Part shown: positions 29,436 to 37,411 of the stretch, piece after piece
Numbering within the stretch: position 1 is the first letter of the stretch
Layout: every line of letters begins with the position of its first letter
Assembly: GCA_002414865.1 (NCBI GenBank)
Contig: DIAQ01000033.1
Location: forward strand, 26,958-90,957
Reading direction: 5' to 3'
DNA: 64,000 nucleotides
From: a candidate division Hyd24-12 bacterium UBA5074
Lineage (GTDB): Bacteria > Fermentibacterota > Fermentibacteria > Fermentibacterales > Fermentibacteraceae
Translations under genes and position numbers: made by a program
The notes under the pieces: model-generated
What the model was told of the DNA's origin: nothing
Seen by the model: the letters and a program-made list of their open reading frames with translations, nothing else
Databases searched by the model: none

Positions 29436-29838
29436 CCTCCGGTATCACGTCGTATCCCAGCTCGGTCCACTTCGCGACCATGTCCTCGGCCGATACGACG
29501 CCCTCGTGCCTCCAGAGCTCGGTTCCGGTCTCCGAGAGGAAGATCTGCGTCGGGATCACCCTGATGCCGTAGGTGCGCGCTGCCGCCTGGTTCTCGTTCA
29601 CGTCGACGAAAGAGATCTCGAGGGTCCCCTGCGTCATGTCCTCGAGACGGTCGAGCTCGGTCATCATGGTCTGGCACGGTATGCACATCTGCGAACCGAG
29701 ATCGAGGACCTTCGGCAATGCCGTCAATGTCGTGTCCGGAGCTTCCAGGCGCTCGGTTCCCGTGTCACGGGTCAGGACTGCTGCGGCTGCAAGCCCGCCG
29801 ACTACCAGGACTATCGCTGCCTTGGTCAATGTCTTCAT
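29422..29838 (-). CDS. Membrane-anchored thioredoxin-fold protein (TlpA/ResA-like), CxxC = CIPC
   Basis: N-terminal TM anchor. Thioredoxin fold with CIPC. Overlaps ccdA by 14 nt. Confidence 0.75.
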   Translation of the reverse strand: MKTLTKAAIVLVVGGLAAAAVLTRDTGTERLEAPDTTLTALPKVLDLGSQMCIPCQTMMTELDRLEDMTQGTLEISFVDVNENQAAARTYGIRVIPTQIFLSETGTELWRHEGVVSAEDMVAKWTELGYDVIPEDAGE

Positions 29839-29872
29839 CGGAGTGAATCCGTCCTTCGGAATCTGATGTTGT

Positions 29873-30112
29873 CTACTTCCCGGTCAGTATGGCCGCTATC
29901 TCATCCACTCCCGGGACTCTGCCCATGACCCTGACCTCTCCATCCACAACGAGAGCCGGAGTCATCATCACGCCGAACTTCATGATCTCCCTGATGTCCG
30001 TAACCTTCTCGATCGACACGCCCTGGAGCTCCGCCTTCTCGACTGCCTTGTGGACGTGCTCCATGAGCTTGATGCATTTCGGGCAGCCCGTTCCCAGCAC
30101 TTGAATAGTCAT
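29873..30112 (-). CDS. Small thioredoxin-family protein (redox-active disulfide protein 2-like), CxxC = CPKC
   Basis: MTIQVLGTGCPKCIK. This 79-aa family commonly pairs with COG0701 permeases in ars-type operons. Confidence 0.8.
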   Translation of the reverse strand: MTIQVLGTGCPKCIKLMEHVHKAVEKAELQGVSIEKVTDIREIMKFGVMMTPALVVDGEVRVMGRVPGVDEIAAILTGK

Positions 30113-30132
30113 CTCTTACCTCCAGTTCCGCA

Positions 30133-31428
30133 TCAGCTCGCGAAGGTGCCGAAGATGAACCCGGTGAAAGTTGCGAGAACGACCACGAGAGAAACGAAGA
30201 CCACCGTTTTCTTCGCACCCATGATGCTCCTGAGGACGAGCATGCTGGGCAGGGACAGTGCCGGGCCGGCAAGGAGAAGGGCCAGGGCCGGGCCTTTGCC
30301 CATCCCGGAACCGAGCAGTCCCTGAAGGATGGGTATCTCCGTGAGCGTGGCGAAGTACATCAGCGCGCCGGAAACGGAGGCGAAAAGATTCGCGAGCAGC
30401 GAGTTGCCGCCGACGGCTCCAGCGATCCATGTGGATGGGATCATCGCCTCATGGCCGGGCCTGCCCAGGAGGAACCCGGCGACGAGCACGCCTCCCAGGA
30501 GCAAGGGAATGATCTGACGGGCGAAGCCGACCGTCGCGTCGAACCACTCCCGGAGCTGGGGGCCACCTGTGGCGGAGAGGGCGCCCACAGCGATGACACC
30601 AGCCGAGAACGCGTAGATCGGATGCTCCGGCCACAGCAGCGCAAGGGCAGTGACGGGAACGGAACCCAGAAGCACTCTCCTCCATCCGACCTTGAACTCG
30701 AGCACGAGGATCACGGCCAGGAGAACGGAGAATGCCGATGTGATGTACCACTTGATCTGAGCTACGAAGGCCCAGAAGGGAGCCGCCCCTTCAGGGCTGC
30801 CCCAGTTGGCGAAGACGAGGATTCCGGCCATGGAGGCGAAGTACAGAGCTGTTTTCCAGAGTGGTCGCTGAGGAGCCCCCGGCGCCGTCGCCATGCTGGT
30901 TCGCGTCTTCTCTGACGAAGCCTTGCGGAAGAACAGGCTCATCAGGAGGCCGATGACAACGCTGAAGGCTACTGCGCCGACGGCGCGGGCGACTCCGATC
31001 TCCAGCCCGAGCACCCTCGCCGTCATCACGATGGCCAGGATATTGATGGCGGGGCCGCTGTATAGAAATGCCGTCGCTGGCCCGAGCCCTGCTCCCATCG
31101 TATAGATGCCGGCGAAGATGGGCAGCACCGTGCACGAGCAGACGGCCAGAACGGTCCCGGATACCGAAGCGACTCCGTACGCCTTGAATCTGTTCGCCCC
31201 CGGTCCGAGGTATCGCAGGACGGAGTCCTTGTTCAGGAAGACGCCGATGGCGCCCGCGATGAACAGGGCGGGGACCAGGCAGAGGATCACATGAAGGCGG
31301 GCGTATTCGTTGAGCATGAAGAGGGATTCCCGGACTGCACCCTCGAACCGCGGCGAACCGACCGGAAGGAACCAGGCTGCGAGAAGAGCGGCAGCCAGGA
31401 GGAGAAGCGTCTTCGTCGTCGAAGTCAC
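30133..31428 (-). CDS. COG0701/DUF318 permease (ArsP-like), CSC motif
   Basis: Polytopic membrane protein with the LAVCSCTVLPIF motif. GTG start overlaps the arsR stop (GTGA). The ATG at 31515 would overlap arsR by 90 nt. Confidence 0.75.
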   Translation of the reverse strand: MTSTTKTLLLLAAALLAAWFLPVGSPRFEGAVRESLFMLNEYARLHVILCLVPALFIAGAIGVFLNKDSVLRYLGPGANRFKAYGVASVSGTVLAVCSCTVLPIFAGIYTMGAGLGPATAFLYSGPAINILAIVMTARVLGLEIGVARAVGAVAFSVVIGLLMSLFFRKASSEKTRTSMATAPGAPQRPLWKTALYFASMAGILVFANWGSPEGAAPFWAFVAQIKWYITSAFSVLLAVILVLEFKVGWRRVLLGSVPVTALALLWPEHPIYAFSAGVIAVGALSATGGPQLREWFDATVGFARQIIPLLLGGVLVAGFLLGRPGHEAMIPSTWIAGAVGGNSLLANLFASVSGALMYFATLTEIPILQGLLGSGMGKGPALALLLAGPALSLPSMLVLRSIMGAKKTVVFVSLVVVLATFTGFIFGTFAS

Positions 31429-31754
31429 TGCTTGTTCTCCTTCGGGCAGGCCGGGAGCCTGCAGGCCCCTCCCGCGATCACGTTCTCCACGCACTGGAAG
31501 AAATCGAGGACGCATCTCACCGCGAGGGTGTAGTACACCTTCGTGCCCTCCTTGCGGTCCGCCGCGAGGCCCGCGCTTCTAAGGACGGAGAGGTGTCTCG
31601 ACACCGTAGAGATGTCCAGGCCGACCTCTGCGGAGAGGTCGCCCACGGTCCTCTCACCTGTCGAGAGCGCATCCACGAGATGCAGGCGGGCGGGATTGGC
31701 GAGGGCGGAGAGTATCGATGCCCTTCTTCGATAGATCTCGTTGTTCGACGACAT
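31425..31754 (-). CDS. arsR: ArsR/SmtB family transcriptional regulator
   Basis: HTH block LSALANPARLHLVDALSTGERTVGDLSAEVGLDISTVSRHL. C-terminal Cys pairs. GGAGGAG ribosome-binding site. Confidence 0.85.
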   Translation of the reverse strand: MSSNNEIYRRRASILSALANPARLHLVDALSTGERTVGDLSAEVGLDISTVSRHLSVLRSAGLAADRKEGTKVYYTLAVRCVLDFFQCVENVIAGGACRLPACPKENKQ

Positions 31755-31895
31755 GGTTCTCCTCCTTGCAAACTTATGCAAATATACAAATATTCGTTCC
31801 TGGATCAACAGGAGCTCGATCTTGGCAATCGCGGACATTTCCGCGATACTGATCGAAACCGCGTGGAAAAGCAGCCTTGCATGCGAGGAGGCAAG
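31755..31895. promoter_or_regulatory. AT-rich divergent intergenic region (putative arsR operator / bidirectional promoters)
   Basis: The only AT-rich stretch for kilobases. Direct repeat CAAATAT-A-CAAATAT and palindromic TTGCAA, between divergent arsR and the selenoprotein candidate. Confidence 0.45.
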
Positions 31896-32537
31896 ATGGG
31901 GAAGATTCTGGCTGTTCTGCTGCTGGCCGTGCTGCCCGTCACCGCAGCCACCATAACGGTCGGCAGCCCTCAGATATCGTCGAGCGATCCCTGGTGCGGC
32001 TCCTGAAGCCCCCAGATGCGCTACCAGGCGGTAGTGCTGGGCGAAGAGATGCAGGGAGCCTGTGACATCCTCTCGGTGGCATGGCAGCGGACCACTTCGG
32101 GGAACGACCAGGGCCATTACTATGACGTCAACATCTACATGGGCCTCTGTGCATCGGACCAGCTCGGCTCGGTCTTCGAAGACAACTGGGTGCCGGGCAC
32201 CAAGACGCTGGTATTCTCCACCGACCAGCTCGACCTGTCCGCCGGCGTCAACGAATGGGAGCCGATCACGCTCGATGCGCCATACTGGTACGGCGGTCAG
32301 CAGAACCTGCTCCTCGAGGTCGAGTGGGGCTCCGCCAACACCTCCTACAGTTTCTACACATGGAAATGGGATACCGGGGCCGTGCGATCGATCAAGGCCG
32401 TCGACCTCGCCGCGCCGTCGGGCATAATGTCGACCCAGATGTCCGAGCTCCAGTTCACGGCAGACCTCGACCTGGAGGTCGACACCTTCGGCTGCATCAA
32501 GACCCTGTTCATCGGCGGAGAGGAGCGGGGGGAATGA
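31896..32537 (+). CDS. Candidate secreted selenoprotein 1 (signal peptide; C-G-S-U with in-frame TGA at 32004-32006)
   Basis: ATG sits 5 nt after GAGGAGG. Signal peptide MGKILAVLLLAVLPVTAA. The upstream and downstream ORFs share one frame and are split only by TGA. The downstream region is homologous to paralog 2 from the first codon after TGA. A hairpin begins 11 nt after TGA. Confidence 0.6.
32018..32037 (+). promoter_or_regulatory. Candidate bacterial SECIS-like hairpin (8-bp stem, AGGC loop) 11 nt downstream of TGA
   Basis: GCGCTACC-AGGC-GGTAGTGC. Same position and stem as in paralog 2. Confidence 0.45.
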
Positions 32538-33172
32538 AGATCCTGCCGCTGCCCCTGCTGGCCCTTGCATTCCTCGCGCCGGCCGCGACGATAACCATCG
32601 GGCAGGAGGAGCTCTCGGGCGGCGAGCCGCTCTGCTGCTCCTGAGTCGAGTCCCTGCACTACCAGGTGGTGGTGCTCGATTCGGAGATCGGGGGAGCGTT
32701 CCAGATCCAGGAGCTGTCACTCGTGCGGCACAGCTCGGGTTCTACGCCCGCCCCGACGAACTTCAGCGATTTCCAGATCTGGTTCGGACTGACCGATTCC
32801 GACCAGCTCTCGTCGATGTTCGAGGACAATTTCATCCCCGGCACACGCACGCTCGTGTTCGACCGCGACTCGCTCTACCTTTCCGCGAGTCCGGGCGAGC
32901 AGATCGACTTCGAGCTGGACCAGCCCTTCTGGTACGGAGGAACGCACAACCTCGTGGTCGAGATCCTCTGGTCGGACGGCGAGGAGATCGGCTCCGAGTG
33001 CGTGTACACCTGGCAGTGGAACACGGGCGCCATGAGGTGCGCGTCAGGCCCGTACACGGCGTCCTCGGGCAGCCTCACCAGCATGATCCCGATGCTGGTC
33101 CTCACAGGAGTGCAGGCGCTCGACCAGACCACTTTCGCGGCGGTGAAGTCGTCCTTTTCCGGGAGCCCCTGA
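32534..33172 (+). CDS. Candidate secreted selenoprotein 2 (signal peptide; C-C-S-U with in-frame TGA at 32642-32644)
   Basis: ATG overlaps the gene 1 stop (ATGA). Signal peptide MKILPLPLLALAFLAPAA. Single frame interrupted only by TGA. About 40% identity to paralog 1 across the TGA. Hairpin 11 nt after TGA. Confidence 0.6.
32656..32675 (+). promoter_or_regulatory. Candidate bacterial SECIS-like hairpin (8-bp stem, AGGU loop) 11 nt downstream of TGA
   Basis: GCACTACC-AGGT-GGTGGTGC. Confidence 0.45.
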
Positions 33173-33288
33173 GCGGCGCCGGACGGGTTCCGAGCGATTT
33201 CCGGGATATCGATGCACATGACCCGGCAGGGATCCGGGGTCGCAGTGTTGCCTCCTCCGGGCGGCGCTTGGCAATATTCGCGTGCGGT

Positions 33289-33365
33289 GCGCCCGTAGCT
33301 CAGCTGGATAGAGCAGCGGACTTCTAATCCGCAGGTCTCGCGTTCGAGTCGCGACGGGCGTACCA
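33289..33365 (+). tRNA. tRNA-Arg (anticodon TCT)
   Basis: Cloverleaf GCGCCCG-TA-GCTC...CTTCTAA...TTCGAGT...CGGGCGT-A-CCA. CCA is encoded. G1-U72 wobble. Confidence 0.85.
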
Positions 33366-33371
33366 CTCTCC

Positions 33372-33399
33372 GGAAGGCCTTCCCGGCAGGCGGCCTTCC
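33372..33399 (+). terminator. GC-rich hairpin downstream of tRNA-Arg (GGAAGGCC...GGCCTTCC)
   Basis: 8-bp perfect stem with a 12-nt loop. No U-tract. Confidence 0.4.
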
Positions 33400-33478
33400 G
33401 TTCCACCATCTCCAGGCCCGCCCTCCCGTGGGCCGGCACCGACTCAAGGCTCCCGCACGGACCCGGGCACGATACGGA

Positions 33479-33506
33479 GGAAGGCCGCCCTAACGGACGG
33501 CCTTCC
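33479..33506 (-). terminator. GC-rich hairpin downstream of tRNA-Lys (GGAAGGCCG...CGGCCTTCC)
   Basis: 9-bp stem with a 10-nt loop. It shares the stem sequence of the hairpin at 33372. Confidence 0.4.
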
Positions 33507-33513
33507 TGCACGA

Positions 33514-33589
33514 TGGTACGCCCCCCGGGAATCGAACCCGGAACCCACGGATTAAGAGTCCGTTGCTCTACCAATTGAGCTAGGGGCGC
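33514..33589 (-). tRNA. tRNA-Lys (anticodon CTT)
   Basis: Reverse complement gives GCGCCCC-TA-GCTC...CTCTTAA...TTCGATT...GGGGCGT-A-CCA. Confidence 0.85.
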
Positions 33590-33597
33590 AAAAATCC

Positions 33598-33674
33598 TGG
33601 GGTGGGAGACCGGACTCGAACCGGCGACCACTTGATCCACAGTCAAGGGCTCTACCAACTGAACTACTCCCACC
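33598..33674 (-). tRNA. tRNA-His (anticodon GTG, with G-1)
   Basis: Reverse complement gives G-GTGGGAG-TA-GTTC...CTGTGGA...TTCGAGT...CTCCCAC-C-CCA. G-1 and C73 are typical of tRNA-His. Confidence 0.85.
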
Positions 33675-33707
33675 AGAGCAGGCCGCATATATAGACGAGC
33701 CCCTCGA

Positions 33708-33757
33708 TGCGTCAAGCAATACAAGCTCTTGACGCAGCTTCCGCGGCAGGATACGCT
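33708..33757 (+). promoter_or_regulatory. Inverted repeat TGCGTCAAG-N11-CTTGACGCA overlapping a TTGACG-17 nt-TACGCT promoter-like element upstream of nrdR
   Basis: Perfect 9-bp arms at 33708-33716 and 33728-33736. TTGACG at 33729-33734 and TACGCT at 33752-33757. Confidence 0.35.
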
Positions 33758-33791
33758 TCGTCGACCAGACGCGAACGGGGGGCCCTTTCCG

Positions 33792-34250
33792 ATGAGATGC
33801 CCGCGCTGCGGGAGCATGGACGACAGGGTTGTCGATTCGAGGAGCGCCAAGGAGGGCAGGGCCACCCGGCGCCGTCGCGAATGTCTCGACTGCGGCTACA
33901 GGTACACCACCTACGAATTCATCGAGACCAGCTATCCCGGAGTCGTCAAGAAGGACGGGAGGCGCGAGCCTTTCGATACCGCCAAGCTGGAGAAGGGCAT
34001 CGCCAGGGCCTGCGAGAAGCGCCCGGTCTCCGCACAGGAGATCAAGGACGTCGTCGAGAAGCTCACTGCGCGGATCACGGAGGAATTCCCCGATGAGGTC
34101 AGCTCGGGTTTCATAGGAGAATGCGTGATGGAGACTCTTCGCGGGATCGACGAAGTCGCCTACGTAAGGTTCGCGAGCGTCTACAGGCAGTTCCGGGATG
34201 TCGCTCAGTTCAAGGAGGAGCTGGAGAGGCTGCTGAAGAACCAGAAGTGA
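33792..34250 (+). CDS. nrdR: Transcriptional repressor NrdR
   Basis: [17 protein letters not shown] zinc ribbon plus an ATP-cone. Confidence 0.92.
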   Translation: MRCPRCGSMDDRVVDSRSAKEGRATRRRRECLDCGYRYTTYEFIETSYPGVVKKDGRREPFDTAKLEKGIARACEKRPVSAQEIKDVVEKLTARITEEFPDEVSSGFIGECVMETLRGIDEVAYVRFASVYRQFRDVAQFKEELERLLKNQK

Positions 34251-34414
34251 GTTACCCGCCTTGTGGCGGCACTTCGGATTCCCTATGAATGGCCAGTCAC
34301 AGCAAGGCATTGGAGCATCCTGCAGGGTCGGGATGGAACACGCCGGTCCTTCCCGGGCGATTTCCTTCGACCATACAGGCTTGTTGCATCGGGAAGGTCT
34401 GTCCATGGAGGCTT

Positions 34415-35728
34415 ATGGGGAAACGCAGAACCTTTTCGGGGGGGGCGCACCCTGACGAGCGCAAGGAGCTGGCCGAGCACAGCGCCGTTCGGAAGCTGCC
34501 CGCGCCGAAGGTGATCCGGGTGGCCCTGTGCCAGCATCTCGGAGCCCCCTCGACGCCGCTTGTCGCCAAGGGTGACAGGGTTACGCGCGGCCAGGAGATC
34601 GGTGCTCAGAACGGCTTCATCAGCCTGCCCACCCATTCTCCGGTCGGCGGAACCGTGCTGGCTCTCGAGGATGCGGCGCTGCCGCACAGGAGGTCTGGCC
34701 CCACGATCGTGATCGAGACCTCTTCGGAGGAGGGAGGCGCGGTATTCGAGCCCTGGCCCGAATACTCCAGCCGTTCTCCCCAGGAGGTCATCGAGAGGAT
34801 AAGGGCTGCCGGAGTCTGCGGAATGGGGGGCGCGAGCTTCCCCACCCATGTCAAGCTCTCCCCGCCCAGGGACAAGAAGGTCGACACCCTCATCCTCAAC
34901 GGCGCCGAGTGCGAACCCTACCTCACCTCGGACGCCCGCCTGATGGTCGAGCGCACGGCCGACGTCATCGATGGGATGAGGATCCTGGCCCACGCTCTCG
35001 GAGTCGGGCGGGTCTTCGCGGGCGTCGAGGCCAACAAGCCGGAGGCAGCCGCCGCTCTCGAGGGAGCCGGCGCGGAAGTCATCACTCTGAAGGTGAAGTA
35101 TCCGCAGGGCGCCGAGAAGCAGCTGATCAAGGCCGTCACCGGGCGCGAGGTGCCGGTGGGAGGCCTTCCCATGGATGTCGGAGTCGTCGTGCAGAACGTC
35201 GGGACGGCGGCCGCAGCTGCAGAGGCCGTTCGCGACGGCATGCCCTGCATGCGGCGCATAGTCACCGTCTCGGGCGGTGGGATAAAGGCACCCGGCAATT
35301 TCGACGCATGCGTCGGCACCTCCTTCGCGGATCTCGTCGAGGCTGCGGGGGGCTACTCCGGAGAAGTCGTCAGGCTGCTCTCCGGAGGACCCATGATGGG
35401 CATCGCTCAGTTCACCGACGCCGTGCCCGTGACGAAGGGGACCAGCGGGATCGTCGCGCTGACCTCGCGCGAGGCGAGGTCGCTCTCCGAGGGTCCGTGC
35501 ATCAGGTGCGGGAAATGCGTGGACGCATGCCCGATGGGTCTGGCCCCGTGTCTCATCTCGGAAGCCGCGGAGCACTCCGGCTGGAAGTCGGCCGACGAAG
35601 CCGGCGCCCTGAGCTGCATGGCCTGCGGCACCTGCACCTTCGTCTGCCCCAGCTCCCGCTTCCTCGTCCATTACATCAAGAGGGCCCAGGAGGCAATCCG
35701 CGCCTCCAAGCGCTCCAGGGAGGCATGA
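34415..35728 (+). CDS. rnfC: Rnf electron transport complex subunit C
   Basis: GMGGASFPTHVKL NADH/FMN site. Two 4Fe-4S CxxCxxCxxxCP motifs. Confidence 0.9.
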   Translation: MGKRRTFSGGAHPDERKELAEHSAVRKLPAPKVIRVALCQHLGAPSTPLVAKGDRVTRGQEIGAQNGFISLPTHSPVGGTVLALEDAALPHRRSGPTIVIETSSEEGGAVFEPWPEYSSRSPQEVIERIRAAGVCGMGGASFPTHVKLSPPRDKKVDTLILNGAECEPYLTSDARLMVERTADVIDGMRILAHALGVGRVFAGVEANKPEAAAALEGAGAEVITLKVKYPQGAEKQLIKAVTGREVPVGGLPMDVGVVVQNVGTAAAAAEAVRDGMPCMRRIVTVSGGGIKAPGNFDACVGTSFADLVEAAGGYSGEVVRLLSGGPMMGIAQFTDAVPVTKGTSGIVALTSREARSLSEGPCIRCGKCVDACPMGLAPCLISEAAEHSGWKSADEAGALSCMACGTCTFVCPSSRFLVHYIKRAQEAIRASKRSREA

Positions 35729-36804
35729 TGGCTGAACCGCGCCTCTTCCAGCTGTCCATGTCGCCTCATGTGACATCGCCGCTCAACACGCGGCGGGTGA
35801 TGCTCGACGTGGTGACGGCCCTGCTGCCCGCCCTGGCGGGCGCGATCTGGTTCTTCGGCTTCGTCGACTCTCTGCTGCCCGTCCTCGTGAGCGTCGTCAC
35901 GGCCGTGGCTGCCGAGTACTTCTGCCTCAGGATAATGAAGCGGCCCGTGAACGCCGCGCTGGACGGCAGCGCGATCGTGACCGGCCTTCTGCTGGCCTAC
36001 AACCTGCCGCCGGGAGTCCCCTGGTGGCTGCCCGTCATCGGCTCGGGCTTCGCCATCGTGGTGGCCAAGCAGGCCTTCGGAGGTCTGGGGCACAACATGA
36101 TCAACCCAGCCCTGCTCGGCCGGGCCTTCCTGATGGCGAGCTTCCCGGTCCTGATGACATCCGGATGGCAGGCCCCCTTCGAGTGGAGCGCGCCGGAATC
36201 CCACTTCGAGACGTCCGGCATACCCGTGGAGAACCTGCAGGCCATCCCTGACGCCGACGCCATCTCCGGTGCCACGCCGCTGCGGGTGATGAAGGACTCC
36301 TTCACAATGGAGCGGCACCGCGGCAACGCCGTGAGGGCGCAGCTCGCGAGCGAGGGCACCTACCTCAACCTCTTCCTCGGTCGCCGCGGAGGCTGCATTG
36401 GGGAGACCTCGGGCCTCCTGCTCCTGCTGGGGGCGATCTACCTCGTGGTCCGCGGCGTCCTGGAGCTGAGGCTCCCGCTTAGCTACCTCGGCTCCGTGGC
36501 CCTCTTCGGATGGATCATCGGCGGCCCGGGCCTGCTCCAGGGGGATCCCCTGTTTTCCGTGCTCGCAGGCGGGGTGATCCTGGGCGGCTTCTTCATGGTC
36601 ACGGACATGGTCACCACGCCGGTCACGCCCTGGGGCAAGATCCTGTTCGGCTTCCTGGCCGGTTTCATCACGATCGTCATTCGACGCTGGGGAGGCTATC
36701 CGGAAGGATGCTCATACTCCATCCTCATCATGAACCTCGCCACGCCGCTGCTCGACCGGTTCACCCGGCCGAGGATCCTCGGGGAGGTGGGGAAGCATGC
36801 GTGA
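35725..36804 (+). CDS. rnfD: Rnf complex subunit D
   Basis: ATG overlaps the rnfC stop. NqrB/RnfD polytopic membrane protein. Confidence 0.88.
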   Translation: MMAEPRLFQLSMSPHVTSPLNTRRVMLDVVTALLPALAGAIWFFGFVDSLLPVLVSVVTAVAAEYFCLRIMKRPVNAALDGSAIVTGLLLAYNLPPGVPWWLPVIGSGFAIVVAKQAFGGLGHNMINPALLGRAFLMASFPVLMTSGWQAPFEWSAPESHFETSGIPVENLQAIPDADAISGATPLRVMKDSFTMERHRGNAVRAQLASEGTYLNLFLGRRGGCIGETSGLLLLLGAIYLVVRGVLELRLPLSYLGSVALFGWIIGGPGLLQGDPLFSVLAGGVILGGFFMVTDMVTTPVTPWGKILFGFLAGFITIVIRRWGGYPEGCSYSILIMNLATPLLDRFTRPRILGEVGKHA

Positions 36805-37411
36805 GATGATGCGCCTCGGCCTCATCCTGATGGGCATGAGTCTCATCTGCGCCGCTGCCCTGGGCTTCGTCAACAACCAGACGGAGGACAGGATCGCCGC
36901 CCAGAAGGAGCTCATCCGCCAGCAGGCCATGCAGTCCGTGTCGGCCTCCTTCGGTTCCGACCTCGAGTTCGACTCGCTGTCGGTGGCAGGCCTGGCCAAC
37001 CCCTACGAGGAGACAGGCAGGGTTCTGACCCCCATGGAGATCGTCTCCGGCGGCAGGCGGGTGGGCTTCGTGTTCACGGCCTACCGCAAGGGCTACTCGA
37101 GCGTCATCGAGACCCTCGTCGCGGTCGACACCACCGGGGTGATCTGCGGCAGCAGCATCCTCTACCAGTCCGAGACGCCGGGCCTGGGCACGAAGGCGCA
37201 GGCGCCCGAGTGGATGGCGCAGCTCGCCGGCCGTGACGAGAACGCCCTCGCCGTGGACAAGGACGGCGGGGAGATACACTCCATCACCGGGGCCACCGTC
37301 AGCTCCAGGGCGATAGTCGGCTCGGTCGCCGAGGGCCTGGAGGCCATGAGGGCGGCGGGGCTGTTCGTCGCAGGAGCCCCTGCCGCAGCTGCTGCCGGAG
37401 GTGCTGAATGA
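36797..37411 (+). CDS. rnfG: Rnf complex subunit G (FMN-binding)
   Basis: SITGATVSSRA FMN-attachment motif. Confidence 0.88.
   Translation: MREMMRLGLILMGMSLICAAALGFVNNQTEDRIAAQKELIRQQAMQSVSASFGSDLEFDSLSVAGLANPYEETGRVLTPMEIVSGGRRVGFVFTAYRKGYSSVIETLVAVDTTGVICGSSILYQSETPGLGTKAQAPEWMAQLAGRDENALAVDKDGGEIHSITGATVSSRAIVGSVAEGLEAMRAAGLFVAGAPAAAAAGGAE

Noticed and set aside
33267-33280. TTGGCA...TTCGC read as a sigma-54 -24/-12 promoter
   Set aside because: The GG-to-GC spacing and the TTGC element do not fit the sigma-54 consensus.
33173-33288. Search for tRNA-Sec, selD or another SECIS-containing ORF in intergenic spaces, also at 42959-43035 and 62339-62430
   Set aside because: No segment of about 95 nt with a long variable arm and TCA anticodon was found. 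These gaps hold only promoters or ribosome-binding sites.
34438-34445. G8 homopolymer inside rnfC codons 8-11
   Set aside because: It is in frame and encodes SGGA with a good downstream match to RnfC. There is no evidence of phase variation. I note it only as a potential sequencing-error hotspot.
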